A DNA stretch of 64,000 bases. Source: Mobula hypostoma. Its lineage: Eukaryota. Shown here piece after piece: positions 48,205-61,339 of the stretch (position 1 is the first letter of the stretch; each line of letters starts with the position of its first letter). The stretch spans positions 202,866,001 through 202,930,000 of the forward strand of contig NC_086100.1 in the NCBI RefSeq assembly GCF_963921235.1, given 5' to 3'. The translations under genes were made by a program, and so were the position numbers. The notes under the pieces were generated by a model, which worked only from the letters and a program-made list of their open reading frames with translations, searched no databases and had not been told where the DNA came from.

Positions 48205-49280
48205 CTTGTCTATCTTGCCTGTTATTTCCTCCAAGGATTCCCACAGATTTGTCAGGCAAGACTTCCCCTTAAGGAAACCAAACTGACTATCACCGATTTT
48301 ATCATGTACCTCCAGTTATCTTGAAACCTCATCCTTAATAATGTACTCCAACATCTTCCCAACCACTGAAGTCAGGCTAATTGACCAATAATTTCCTTTC
48401 TACTCCCTTCCTCCCTCAGAGTCACAGTTATAGAAAAGTACAAAGCAAAAACAGGTCCTTTGGCCCGTCTAGTTCATGTAGACTGTCTACTCTGATTGAA
48501 CTGCACCAGGACCATAGTCCTCCATACTGATATTATATATGTACTTACCCAAACTGCTCATAAATGTTGAAATCGAGCTTGCATGCACCACTTGTTCTGG
48601 CAGCTCATTCTACACTCTCACGAACCTCTGAGTGAAGAAGTTTCCCCTCATGTACTCCTTAAATTTCTCACCTTTCACCCTTAACCCATGACCTCTGGTT
48701 GTAGTCCCAGCCAACCTCAGTGCTTGTATTTACCCTATCTATACCCTTCATAATTTTGTGCAGCTTTATCAAAACTCCTCTCAATCTTTGATGTTCTAAG
48801 GAACATAGTCCTAACCTATTCAATCTTTTCTAAAAACCCAGATCCTCAAGACCTGGCAACATGCTTGTAAATTTTCTCTGCACTCTTTCAACCTTGTTTC
48901 CATCTTTCCTGCAGGTAGATGACCAAACCTGCATGCAATACCTCAACTTAGGCCTCACTAACATCTTATAGAACTTCAACATTGCATCCCATCTTCTGTA
49001 CTTAATACATGGACTTATGAGGGCCAGTGTGCCTGTGATGCCACTTTCAATGAATTATAGACCTGTATTCCTAGATCCTTTGGTTTGTCACACACTCCTC
49101 AGTGCCCTACTGTTCACAATGTAAGACCTACCCTTGAATGGTCGTAACGAAGTTCAAAACCTTGCACTTGTATGCATTAAATTCCATCTGCCATTTTTCA
49201 GCCCATATTTCCAGCGGATGCAGATGCCTCTGCAAGTCATAATAACCTTCCTCACTCCAATACACCCTCAATCTTGGTGT

Positions 49281-50116
49281 CATAGAAACATAGAAAATAG
49301 GTGCAGGAGTAGGCCATTCGGCCCTTCGAGCCTGCACCGCCATTTATTATGATCATGGCTGATCATCCAACTCAGAACCCTGCACCAGCCTTCCCTCCAT
49401 ACCCCCTGACCCCCGTAGCCACAAGGGCCATATCTAACTCCCTCTTAAATATAGCCAATGAACCGGCCTCAACTGTTTCCTGTGGCAGAGAATTCCACAG
49501 ATTCACCACTCTCTGTGTGAAGAAGTTTTTCCTAATCTTAGTCCTAAAAGGCTTCCCCCTTATCCTCAAACTGTGACCCCTCGTTCTGGACTTCCCCAAC
49601 ATCGGGAACAATCTTCCTGCATCTAGCCTGTCCAATCCCTTTAGGATTTTATACGTTTCAATCAGATCCCCCCTCAATCTTCTAAATTCCAACCAGTACA
49701 AGCCTAGTTCATCCAGTCTTTCTTCATATGAAAGTCCTGCCATCCCAGGAATCAATCTGGTGAACCTTCTTTGTACTCCCTCTATGGCAAGGATGTCTTT
49801 CATCATTAATAACAATCTGCACTTTCAATTCATCCACCTTGTTACGAATGCTCTTTGCATTGACACACAAAGCCTTCAGGCGCTCTTTTACAACTCTCTT
49901 AGCCCTTATACAATTATGTTGAAAAGTGGCCCTTTTTGATGCTTGCCCTGGATTTGTCGGCCTGCCACTTTTACTTTTCTCCTTACTACTTTTTGCTTCT
50001 ACCCTCACTTTACACCCCTCTGTCTGCACTGGTTCCCATCCCCCTGTTGTGAACTAACCTCCTCTCGCCTAGCCTCTTTAATTTGATTCCCACCCCCCAA
50101 CCATTCTAGTTTAAAG
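49281..50116 (-). mobile_element. Young CR1 derivative joining the ORF2 start to the ORF2 C-terminus
   Basis: LKALCVNAKSIRNKVDELKVQIVIN (ORF 49724-50029) abuts KDILAIEGVQRRF..end (ORF 49372-49815); clean tail. Confidence 0.75.
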
Positions 50117-50814
50117 TCACTTATGTCATCTATGACCACTCTCTGGCTTCTCCCACAAAGCCAATGTCTAAATCCGTTTACTACCTCATTTTAAATGCTG
50201 AGTGACTGTATCTTCTTGAGCAACCTCCCATGTGGGAGCTTGTCAAATGCCTTGCTTTAATGTCCACGTAGACAGCATCCACTGATTTGCCTTCATCCAC
50301 TTTTCTGGTAACTTCCTCGAAAAGCTCTAGAAGATTGGTTAGACATGACCCACCACACACGAAGCCATGCTGATCAGTCCAATAATCCAAATACTTATAT
50401 GTCCAGTCCCTTAGAATACCTTCCAATAACTTACCCACAATTGATGTCAGTCACCAGCTTATAATTTCCTAGTTTATGCTTAGAGCCCTTTTTAAACAGC
50501 AGGCCAAAATTGATTATCCTTCAGTCCTCTGCTACATCTCCTAACACCATGGATGATTTAAATATCTCTGCTGGGTCCTGGCAATTTCTGCACTTGGCTC
50601 CCATAGGATCCAAGGGAACACTTTGTCAGGCCCTGGGGATTTATCCACCCTGATTTACCTCAGGGTAGGAAACACTTCATCCTCTGTAATCTATACAGGG
50701 TCCATGAAATTGGTGCCGCTTTGCCTCACCAAAAGACTGTCTCCTCAGTAAAAACAGATGCATAGAATTCATTTACGATCTCCCCCATTTGTTTTCACTC
50801 CATACATGGATTTT

Positions 50815-51914
50815 ATTGTTTTACGACATTGAATCGCAACGTTGGATTTAATCTGGCTTTTTTTTGATGTTGGGATGACTCCTGTCAAAATGAAAGCAGA
50901 TCTTTGCAAAGTGGCCTAAATTAGTCACAAATGGAAAACACAAAATAATTGATTGCATAAGCATGTCCCCTCTTTAATATGGCACACAAATCATCACTGC
51001 TGCAGCCAATTGGTTTCAGAAGTCACATAATTAGTTAAATGGAGATCACTGTGTGCAGTCAAGGTGTTGCAATTGATTGTAGTAAAAATGCAGCTTTATC
51101 TGGAAGGTCCAACTGCTGGTGAGTCAGTATCCTGGTAAAAACTACACCATGAAGACAAAAGAACACTCCAAGCAAAGGGTTATTAAAAAGCACAACTCAG
51201 GAGATGGATACAGGAAAATTTCCAAGTCACTGAATATCCCTTGGAGTACAGTTAAGTCCATCATGAAGAAATGGAAAGAATATGGCACAGCTGTAAATCG
51301 GCCTGGAGCAGGCCGTCCTCAAAACCTGAGTGACCGTGCAAGAAGAGGACTAGTGAGGGAAGCAACCAAGAGACCCCTCAAAACTATGGAGTGTTACAAG
51401 TTTCAGTGGCTGAGATGGGAGAAACTGCGCATACAACACTGATTGCTTGAGTGCTTCACCAGTCGCAGCTTTGTGCGAGAGTGGCAAAGAGAAAGCCACT
51501 GTTAAAAAGGACTCAAATGAAATCTTGGCTAGAGTTTGCCAGAAGGCATTTGGAAGACTCTGTAGTCAGCTGGACGAAGGTTCTATGGTCTGATGAAACC
51601 AAAATTGAGCTTTTTGGCTATCCGATAAAATGCTATGCTTGGTGTAAACCAAATACTGCACATCATCAGAAGCACACCATCCCTTCCATGAAGCATGATG
51701 GTGGCTGCATCGTGCTGTGGGGATGCTTCACTGAGGCAGGCCCTGGAAGGCTTGTGAAGGTAGAGGGCAAAGCGAATGCAGCAAAATACAGGGAAATCCT
51801 GGAGGAAAATCTGATGCCGTCTGCAAGAGAACTGCGAGTTGCAAGAAGATTTGTTTTCTAGCAAGACAATGACCCCAAGCATGAAGCCCGAGATACACAG
51901 GAAATGCTTGAAAA
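50815..51914 (+). mobile_element. Tc1-family transposon, 5' part, pseudogenised
   Basis: MKTKEHSKQ..GYRKISKSLNIPWSTV..GRP (51119-51442), VLWSDETKIELFG (51451-51861), then stop and QDNDPKH; truncated by a CR1. Confidence 0.88.
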
Positions 51915-54047
51915 CCGTAAGATATAGGAGCAGAAGTAGGCCATTTGGCCCATCGAATCTGCTCCACCATTTAATCTTGGGCTGATCTAATTCCTCCAGT
52001 CATCCCCACTCCCCTGTTTTCACCCCATACCCTTTGATGCCCTGGCTAATCAAGAACCTATCCATCTCTGCCTTAACTACACCCAATGTCTTGGCCTCCA
52101 CAGCCGCTTATGGCAACAAATTCCAGAGATTTACCACCCTCTGCCTAAAGTAATTTCTCTGCATCTCTGTTCTAAATGGACGTCCTTCATTCCTGAAGTC
52201 GTGCCCTCTTGTCCTAGAATCCTCTACCATGGGAAATAACTTTGCCCTATGTAATCTGTTCAGGCCTTTTAACATTCAGAATGTTTCTATGAGATCCCCC
52301 CTCATTCTCCTGAACTCCAGGGAGTACAGCCCAAGAGCTGCCAGATCTTCCTGACACGGTAACCCTTTCATTCCTGGAATCATTCTCGTGAATCTTCTCT
52401 GAACCTTCTCCAATGTCAGTATATCCTTTCTAAAATAAGGAGCCTAAAACTACACACAATACTCCAAGTGTGGTCTCATAAGTGCCTTATAGAGCCTCAA
52501 CATCACATCCCTGCTCTTATATTCTATACCTCGAGAAATGAATGTCAACGTTGCATTTGCCTTCTTCACAACCGATTCAACCTGGAGGTTAACCTTTAGA
52601 GTATCTTGCATAAGGACTCCCAAGTCCCTTTGCATCTCTGCATTTTTAATTCTCTCCCCATCTAAATAATAGTCTGCCCATTTATTTCATCCAGCAAAGT
52701 GCATGACCGTACACTTTCCAACATTGTATTTCATTTGCCACTTCTTTGCCCATTCCCCGAAACTATCTAAGTCTCTCTGCAGGCTCTCTGTTTCCTCAAC
52801 TCTACCCGCTCCTCCACCTACCTTTGTATCATCGGCAAATTTAGCCACAAATCCATTAATACCATGGTCCAAATTATTGACATACACTGTAAAAGGCAGC
52901 GGTCCCAACACCGACCCCTGTGGAACTCCAGCCAGCCAGAATAAGATCCCTTTATAAGATCCCTGGACTTATTTCCTGGCATAATTTACATAATACTATT
53001 TAATTATTTATGGTTTTATTACTATTTAGTTATTTATGGTGCAACTGTAATGAAAACCAATTTCCCTCGGGATCAATAAAGTATTACTATGACTATAGCT
53101 ATTCCCACTCTCTGTTTTCTGCTGACCAGCCAATGCTCCACCCACTCTAGTAACTTCCCTGTAATTTCATGCTAAGCAGCTTCATGTGCGGCATCTTGTC
53201 TAAGGCCTTCTGAAAATTCCAATACACCACGTCTACTACATCTCCTTTGTCTACCCTGCTTGTAATTTCCTCAAAGAATTGCAGTAGGTTTGTCAGGCAG
53301 GATTTTCCTTTCAGGAAACCACGCTGACTTTGGCCTACCTTGTCGTGTGCCTCCAGGTACTCCCAAATCTCATCCCTAACAATCGGTTCCAACAACTTCC
53401 CAACCACTGATGTCAGGCTAACAGGTCTACAGTTTCCTTTCTGCTGCCTCCCACCCTTCTTAAATAGCGGAGTAACATTTACAATTTTCCAGTTATCCAG
53501 TACAATGCCAGAATCTATCAATTCTTGAAAGATCATTGTTAATGCCTCCGCAATTTCTCCAGCTTCTTCCTTTAAAACATGAAGGTGCGTTCCATCAGGT
53601 CCAGGAGATTTATCCACCCTCAGATCATTAAGCTTTCTGAGCACCTTCTAAGTCATAATTTTCACTGCACAAACTTCACTTCCCTGACACTCTTGAATGT
53701 CTGGTATACTGCAGACGTCTTCCACTGTGAAGACTGATGCAAAATGCGCATTCAGTTCCTCTGCTATCTCTGCATCTCTCATTACAATATCTTCAGCGTC
53801 ATTTTCTATTGGTCCTATATCTACGCTTGACTCTCTTTTACCCTTTATATACTTAAAAAAGCCTTTAGTATCTTCTCTGATATTAGTCGCCAGCTTCCTT
53901 TCATAAGTTATCTTTTCCTTCTGAATGACCTTCTGAGTTTCTTTCTGTGAGTAAAACCTTGCAGAAGCTCCCCAATCCTCTATCTTCCCACTAGCTCTGG
54001 CTCCCTTGTATGCCCTCTCTTTTGCTTTTACTTTGGCTCTGACTTCA
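51915..54047 (-). mobile_element. CR1 3' half, same family as 5960-7738
   Basis: ORFs 53147-53644, 52687-52911 (AKFADDTK) and 52450-52635. Confidence 0.85.
52958..53097 (+). mobile_element. Rex1/Babar-like 3'UTR fragment
   Basis: Matches 61512-61652 and the reverse complement of 33441-33585; AATAAA plus (GACTAT)n. Confidence 0.8.
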
Positions 54048-55460
54048 AAACATCAAAGTTAATGCCCTGGAGTGGCTAAATCAGAGTAAATATGGTAAAG
54101 AAGTTAAAGATGGAAGATGAAAGTAAACTAGCTAATATTGAAGAGGATACCAAAAGTTTTTCCAGATACATAAAGTGTAAGAGTGGATATTGGACCACTG
54201 GAAAACTATGCTGGAGAGGTAGTAATGGGAGACAACATAATTGCAGATGAATAAATATTTTGCATCAGTCTTGACTGTGAAAATTACTAGCAGTATGGTG
54301 GAAGTTTCAGCTATCAGGAGTCATGAAACCTGTAAAGTTAAGATAACTAGAGAGAAGGTTCTTGGGAAATTGAAACGACTGAAGGTAGATAAGTTACCTG
54401 GACCAGATTGCGTACTCCCAAGCGTTCTGACCGAGATGGCTGAAGGAGGCTTAAGTAATGATCTTTCAGGAATCACAAGATTTTGGAATGGTTCTGGAAG
54501 ATGGAAAATTACAAATGTCACCCCACTCTTCAAGAAGAGAGAGAGGCAGAAGAAAGAAAATTGTTGGCCAATTAGTCTGACCTCAGTGGTTGGGAAGATG
54601 TTGGAGTCAATTATTAAGGATGAGGTCTCAGGGTACTTGAAGGCACATGATAAAATAGGTGAAGTCAGCATGGTTTCTTCAGGTGAAAATATTGCCTGAC
54701 AAATTTGTTGGAATTGTTTGAAAAAGTAACATGCAGGATAGACAAAGCAGAATGGTTTGATGTTATGTACTTGGATTATCAGAAGGACTTTGACAATGTG
54801 CCACATCATATATAGGCCTCCAAATATTAGCCAAGGTATGGGATTGAGATTGCAGAGGCAGCTGGAAAAGGCATGTAATAAGGGTAATGACACAATTGTA
54901 ACGGGGACTTCAATATGCAAGGGGATTGGGAAAATTAGGTTGGCGTTGGATCGCAAGAGAGGGAATTTGTTGAATGCTTACAAGATGGCTTTTCCGAGCA
55001 GCTTGTGCTTGAGCCTACTACGAGGAAAAGATATCTTAGATTGTGTAATAATCCAGATTTTATTAGGGAACTTAATGTAAAGGAACTCTGGGAGGCAGTG
55101 ATAATAATTGAATTCATACTGTGATTTGTGAGGGAGAAGTGTAAGTACATGTATCTGTATGACAGTGAAATAAAGGGAAATACAGAGGCTTGAGAAAGGA
55201 GCTCTCCCAGGTGGATTGGAGCAGGATTATGGCGGGGATGACAGCGGAGCAGAAGTGGCTAAAGGTTCTGGGAATAGTTCACAAGGTGAAGGATAGGTAC
55301 GTCCCACAAAGGAAGAAATTCACAAATGGCAAGGGTAGGCAACCTTGGCTGACAAAGGAAGTTAAGGACTGCTTAACAGCCAAGGAAAGGGCATATAAGG
55401 CTGTGAAAGTGAGCGGGATGATTGGAAATCTTTTATAATCCAAGAAAAGGCAATTAAAGG

Positions 55461-58400
55461 TGTGATCGCGGGACTGTCACAGCAGGAGGAGGAGCGAGGG
55501 GCTCGGGAGAGCGCTGAGTGCTGGGAAGCAGCTGAGGAGCTGAGATGTTGATTAGTTGATTAGAGGGAGTGAGTACCTGAGATAATTGGCAGGGACAAAT
55601 AAAAGGAGGGGTAACTGAAGAGGAGCGGCCAGTGTGTGAGTGGAGCAGGGTAGGAGTAGAGCTTTGAGGCTTTGGCTTGAGAGGCTTCGGCGAGCAGAGG
55701 CTGAGGACGAGCCTGCTCCCAGTGAGGTCAGGCCGGGTAAGTTCCTTTAATTAATTTAATTAACTTAGGAGTAGGTAAATATGGATACAATTTAGAAAAC
55801 ACTTTGGTCTATTGAGATTTTCCCTTTCTAGTCCCATTTTTTTAAGCCTTCTATGACGGATGTAGTTTTTAAACAACGGGATGGATTGGGCATTACATGT
55901 TTCCAGAATCTGTTTGTCTTTCTTCATTCGAACAACTGTCAACTAAATATAGTTTACCAAAAACCCATTTTTGTTCGTACTTACAAATTAGAGACTTCCT
56001 GCAATCTCAATTATATGCATTTCCTAATAGTCCTGATAAGAACTTACTAGACGAAATTCTTAATATGAAATCTTTTTATAATGGTTCAGTATTCAATATT
56101 TGTGATATGTTGATGGGAATGAGAAATGATTCTTTAGACAAAATCAAAAATCTTTGGGAACAAGATTTACAGACTTCAATTTCTGAAGAAACTTGGAATG
56201 AGATTTTTAAATTGGTTAATACTTCATCGCTATGTGCTCGTCATTCCCTCCTACAATTCAAAGTGGTTCATAGGGCTTATATGTCCAAGGATAAGTTATC
56301 TCGTTTTTATATGGATATATCTCCCTACTGTGATAGGTGTAACAATGGAGAAGCTTCACTTGTTCATATGTTTTGGACATGCCCAAGTCTTGGAAAATAT
56401 TGGAAGGAAGTATTCCAAACTTTTTCTGTACTCTTTAAAGTAGATTTTAAGCCTCATCCTTTGACTGCCCTATTTGGTATTGTTGGAAGGAAAGATATCA
56501 TCTTGAAGACATCTGATCTGCTCATTCTGGCTTTTATCTCTCTTATGGCTAGGAGGGCGCTTTTGTTTAAATGGAAGGACGTTGTTCTGCCTAACCATGC
56601 TCAGTGGTTACGGGATGTTATGGCATGCCTAAATTTAGAAAAGATTCATCGTTCAATTTCTGAATCTAACCAAGATTTTCAAAATTTGTGGGGGCCGTTT
56701 TAAAATTATTTTCGTAATCTTTGATTTCTTGTTAAAGTACAGAAGCTGGTTAATAGCATATTTTATTATCTGATAAGGTTTTTTTCCCTTTCTTTTTCTT
56801 TACCAAACAGCTTCGACTTTGGTAGTGGGTATAGATTTTTTTAAAATATAAAATTGTTTATATTCTAACATACGAATTAATCTAATCTATATGAATATAG
56901 CGGAAGGAGTTTGTTAACGTGATTCAATACAATGTATCTGGTATTATTATATTTTTTCTTTTATGATATGTACTTTTTGGACTCTATATTCTTCTATGTA
57001 GAAATTAATAAAAATATTAAGAAAGAAGGAGTAGGTAAATGGAGGCAGCAGTTAGGGCAGTCGAGTGCTCCGTATGCAGTAAGTGGGAAGTCAGGGACAG
57101 CACAATTGTCCCTGATGACTACGCCTGTAAAAGCAGCTCCTGACAAACCAAGTTAGGGAACTGGAGCTGGAGCTGGATGAACTTCGGATCATTCCTGAGG
57201 CAGAGGCAGAAATAGACAGGAGTTTCAGGGAGATAGTCACCCCTAAAAGTCAGGAGACAGGTAGCTGGGTGACTGTCAGGAGAGGGAAGGAGAACAGACA
57301 GAAAGAGCAGAGCACCCCTGTGGCTGTTCCCATCAATAATAAGTATACCGCTTTGGATACTGTTGGTGGGGACGACCTACCAGGGACAAGTTGTAGTGGT
57401 CGTGTCTCTGGCACCGAGACTGGACCCTCAGCTCAGAAAGGAAGGAGGGAGAAGAGGAGAGCAGTAGTGATAGGAGATTCGATAGTTAGGGGGACAGATA
57501 AGAGGTTCTGTGGGAGAGATCGAGAATCCCGGATGGTCTGTTGCCTTCCTGGTGCCAGGGTCCACGATATCTCGGATCGAGTTCTCAGTATTCTCAAGAG
57601 GGAGGGTGAGCAGCCGGATGTTGTAGTCCATGTAGGGACCAATGACGTGGATAGGAAGGAGGAGGAGGTTCTGCAAAGAGAGCTTAGGGAGTTAGGTGCA
57701 AAGTTGAAGGACAGGATCTCCAGGGTTGCAATCTCAGGATTGCTATCCATGACACGTGCCAGTGAGACTAGAAATAGGATGATAATGCAGCTAAATACGT
57801 GGCTAAGGAGATGGTGCAGGAAGGGGGGCTTGATGTTTCTGGACAATTGGGCTTTGTTCCAGGGAAGGTGGGACCTGTTCCGACGGGACGGATTGCACCT
57901 GAACTGGAGAGGGACCAACATCCTTGCGGGTAGATTTGCTAGTGTTGCTCTAGGGGGTTTAAATTAGATATACAGGGGGAGGGGAACCAGAGTGTTAGAG
58001 CAGATAGTGAGGTGGAGGGGGATAAAGGTCATGCGAGAACTGCATGTATAGATAGATATCAAAGGTTTGTACGTGATAGAAATGTTCTCAGGTGCATCTA
58101 TTTTAATATTGTAGGTAAGGCAAATGAGTTTAGGGCATGGATTGGCATGCAGGATTACGACATTATTGCTATTAGTGAGACTTAGTTGCAGGAGGGGCAG
58201 GACTGGCAGCTTAATGTTCCGGGGTTCTGTTGTTTCAGATGTGATAGAGGGGGAGGGATGAAAGGGGGAGGAGTGGCATTACTAGTCAGGGAGAATGTCA
58301 CAGCAGTGCATAGGCAGGACAGCCCGGAGGGCTTGTCTACAGGTGCCATATGGGTGGAGCTGAGGAACGGGAAAGGTGTGACCACACTAATAGGGTTGTA

Positions 58401-60617
58401 TTATAGACTGCCTAACAGAAGAGCAAGTCTGTAGAGAGATAGCAGACCGATGTAAGAAATAGAAAGTTGTAATAGTAGGGGATTTTAACTTTCCACATAT
58501 TGACTGGGACTCCCACACTGTGAAAGAGCTAGATGACTTGGAGTTTGTCAAATGTGTTTAGGAAAGTTTTCTAAATCAATATATAGAGGTACCAATGAGA
58601 GAAGATGCAATACTTGATCTCCTATTAGGGAACCAGACAGGTCAGGTGACAGAAGTATGTGTAGGTGAACGTTTTGGGTCCAGTCACCATAATGTCATTA
58701 GTTTCAAGTTAATTATGGATAAGGATAGGTCTGGTCCTCGAGTTGAGGTTCTAAATTGGAGAAGCGCCAATTTTGTGGAAATGAGAAACGATCTAGGACG
58801 AGTGGATTGGGATAAGTTGTTTTCTGGCAAGGATGTGTTCAGTATGTGGAAGGCCTTCAAAGGTGAAATTTTGAGAGTGCAGAGTTTGCATGTTCCTGCC
58901 GGGATTAAAGGCAAAGTTAACAGGCATTGGGAACCTTGGTTTTGAAGGGATATTGGCGATCTGGTTAAGAAAAAGAGAGAGGTGTACAGCAGGTATAGGC
59001 AACAAGGAACAAATGAGGTACTTGAAGAGTATAGAAAATGTAAGAAAATACTAAAGAAGGAAATCAGGAAGGCAAAAAGAAGACATGAGGTTGCTTTGGC
59101 AGATAATGTGAAGGTAAACCCGAAGGTTTTCTACAAGTATATTAAGAGTACAAGGATAGTAAGGGACAGAATTGGTCCCCTAGAAGATCAGAGTGGTCAT
59201 CTATGTGTGGAGCCTCATGATTTGGGGGAGATCTTCAACAGTTTTTTTGCATCAGTATTTACTCAGGAAACTGGCATAGCATATATGGAAGGAAGGGAAA
59301 CAAGCAGTAGTGTCATGGAACATACAGAGATTAAAGAGGAGGAGGTGCTTGCTGCTTTACAGTGAATAAAGGTAGATAAATCTCCCGGGCTTGACATGAT
59401 ATTTCCTCAGACTTTGAGAGAGACTAATGTAGAAATTGCAGGGGCCATGGCAGAAATATTTAAAATGTCCTTAGCCACTGGTGTGGTGCTGGAGGATTAG
59501 AGGGTAGCTCATGTTGTTCCTTTGTTTAAAAAAGGCTCCAAAAGTAAACCAGATAATTACAGACCGGTGAGTGGTAGTGGATGATTGCTTCTCAGATTGG
59601 AGGCCTGTGACTAGTGGTGTGCCTTAGGGCTCTGTGCTGGGACCATTGTTGTTTGTAGTCTATATCAATGATCTAGATGATAATGTAGTAAATTGGATCA
59701 GCAAGTTCGCTGATGACACTAAGATTGGAGGCGTTGTGGACAGCGAGGAAGGCTTTCAAAGCTTGCAGAGGGATCTGGACCAACTGGAAAAATGGGCCAG
59801 AAAATGGTAGATGGAATTTAATGCAGACAAGTGTGAGGTGTTGCATTTTGGAAGGACAAATGAAGGTAGGACATACACAATAAACGGTAAGGCACTGAGG
59901 AGCACGGAGGAACAAAGAGATCTGGGAGTTCAGATACATAGTTTCCTGAAAGTGGCGTCACAGGTAGACAGGGCTGTAAAGAAGGCTTTTGGCATCCTGG
60001 CATTCATAAATCAAAGTATTGAGTATAGGAGTTGGGATGTTATGGTGAGGTTGTATAAGACATTGGTGAGGCCAAATTTGGGGTATTGTGTGTTGCTGTG
60101 GTCACCTAACTATAGGAAGGATATCAGTAAGATGGAAAGAGTGCATAGAAGATTTACTGGGATGTTGCCGGGTCTTCAGGAATTGAGTTACAGGGAAAGA
60201 TTGAACAGGATAGGACTTTATTCCTTAGAGCGTAGAAGAATGAGGGGGGACTTGATAGAGTTATGAGGGGTGTAGACAGAGTAAATGCAAGTAGGCTGTT
60301 TCCACTTAGATTAGGAGAGATAGATATGAGAGGAGATGGCTTTAGGGTGAAAGTGGAAAGGTTTAGGGGGAACATTAGGGGGAACCTGTTCACTCGGAGA
60401 GTGGTGGGAGTGTGGAACGAGCTGCCATTTGACATGGTAAATGCAGGCTCACTCTGAAGTTTTAAGAATAAACTGGATAGGTACATGGATGGGAGAGGTC
60501 TGGAGGGTTATGGACTGGGTGCAGGTCAATGGGACTAGCAGAATAAAGTTTTGGCACAGACTAGAAGGGCCGAATGGCCTGTTTTCTGTGCTGTCGTGTT
60601 TTATGGTTCTACGGTTC
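55461..60617 (+). mobile_element. Near-full-length CR1 subfamily A, second copy (ORF1 esterase, deleted RT)
   Basis: TSD taaagg at 55455-55460 and 60618-60623; ORF 57269-57967 with GDSIVRG, HVGTND, DGLHLN; RT deletion junction at ~59570. Confidence 0.92.
55781..57026 (+). mobile_element. L1 3' fragment with 14-bp TSD
   Basis: TSD aggagtaggtaaat at 55767-55780 and 57027-57040; ORF 55897-56703 with CDRC..HMFWTC; AATAAA at ~57007. Confidence 0.92.
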
Positions 60618-61339
60618 TAAAGGAGCTATAAGAAGGGAAAGGATGAAATATGAGGACAGACTAGCCAATAATATAAAGCAGGATACTGGATGTTATTTCA
60701 ATTATATAAAGGGTAAAAGGGAGGTGAGAGTTGATACCGGACCACTGGAAAATGATGCTGATGACGTAGTAATGGGGGACAAAGAAATGTCAGATGATCC
60801 TAATGGGTAGTTTGCATTATTCTTCGGTGTGGAAGGCACTGGCAGTATGCCAGACGTCCGTGAGTGTCATGGGGCAGGACTGAGTGTCATTGCTATTACA
60901 AAGGAAAAAGTGCTAGGCAAACTCAAAGGTCTTAAGGTGAATAAGTCACCTGGACCAGATGGACTACATTCCAGAGTCCTGAGGGAGGTTGTTGAAGAGA
61001 TAACAGATGTATTGGTCATGAACTTTCAGCAATCACTTGAGTGTGGAAGATTGCAAATGTCACTGCACTCTTTAAGAAGCGAGGAAGGCAAAAGAAAGGT
61101 AATTATAGACCAGTTAGCCTAACCACTGCGGTTGGGAAAATGATGGAGTCTATTATTACGGATGAAGTTTTGAGGTACTTGGAGACTAATGATAAAATAA
61201 GTCAAACTCAGCATGGTTTCAATAAAGAGAAGCCTTGCTTGACAAATCTGTTAAGAGTTCTTTGAGGAAGTAACAGGCAGGCTGGACAAAGGAGAGGTAG
61301 TGGATGTTATTTACTTGGATTTTCAGAAAGCATTTGATA

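Larger units (their letters stand above)
47374..50812 (-). mobile_element. Cluster of degenerate CR1 fragments (host of the L1 and the ribozyme insertion)
   Basis: ORFs 47711-48007, 49128-49343 and 50181-50438 with decayed RT motifs. Confidence 0.7.

Noticed and set aside
57269..57967. Host or horizontally acquired SGNH/GDSL esterase gene
   Set aside because: It is the known esterase domain of CR1 ORF1, embedded in a TSD-flanked element.
59560..59585. Subfamily A deletion as a spliced-out intron
   Set aside because: The donor-like GTGAGT is retained in copy 2; microhomology-mediated deletion fits better.
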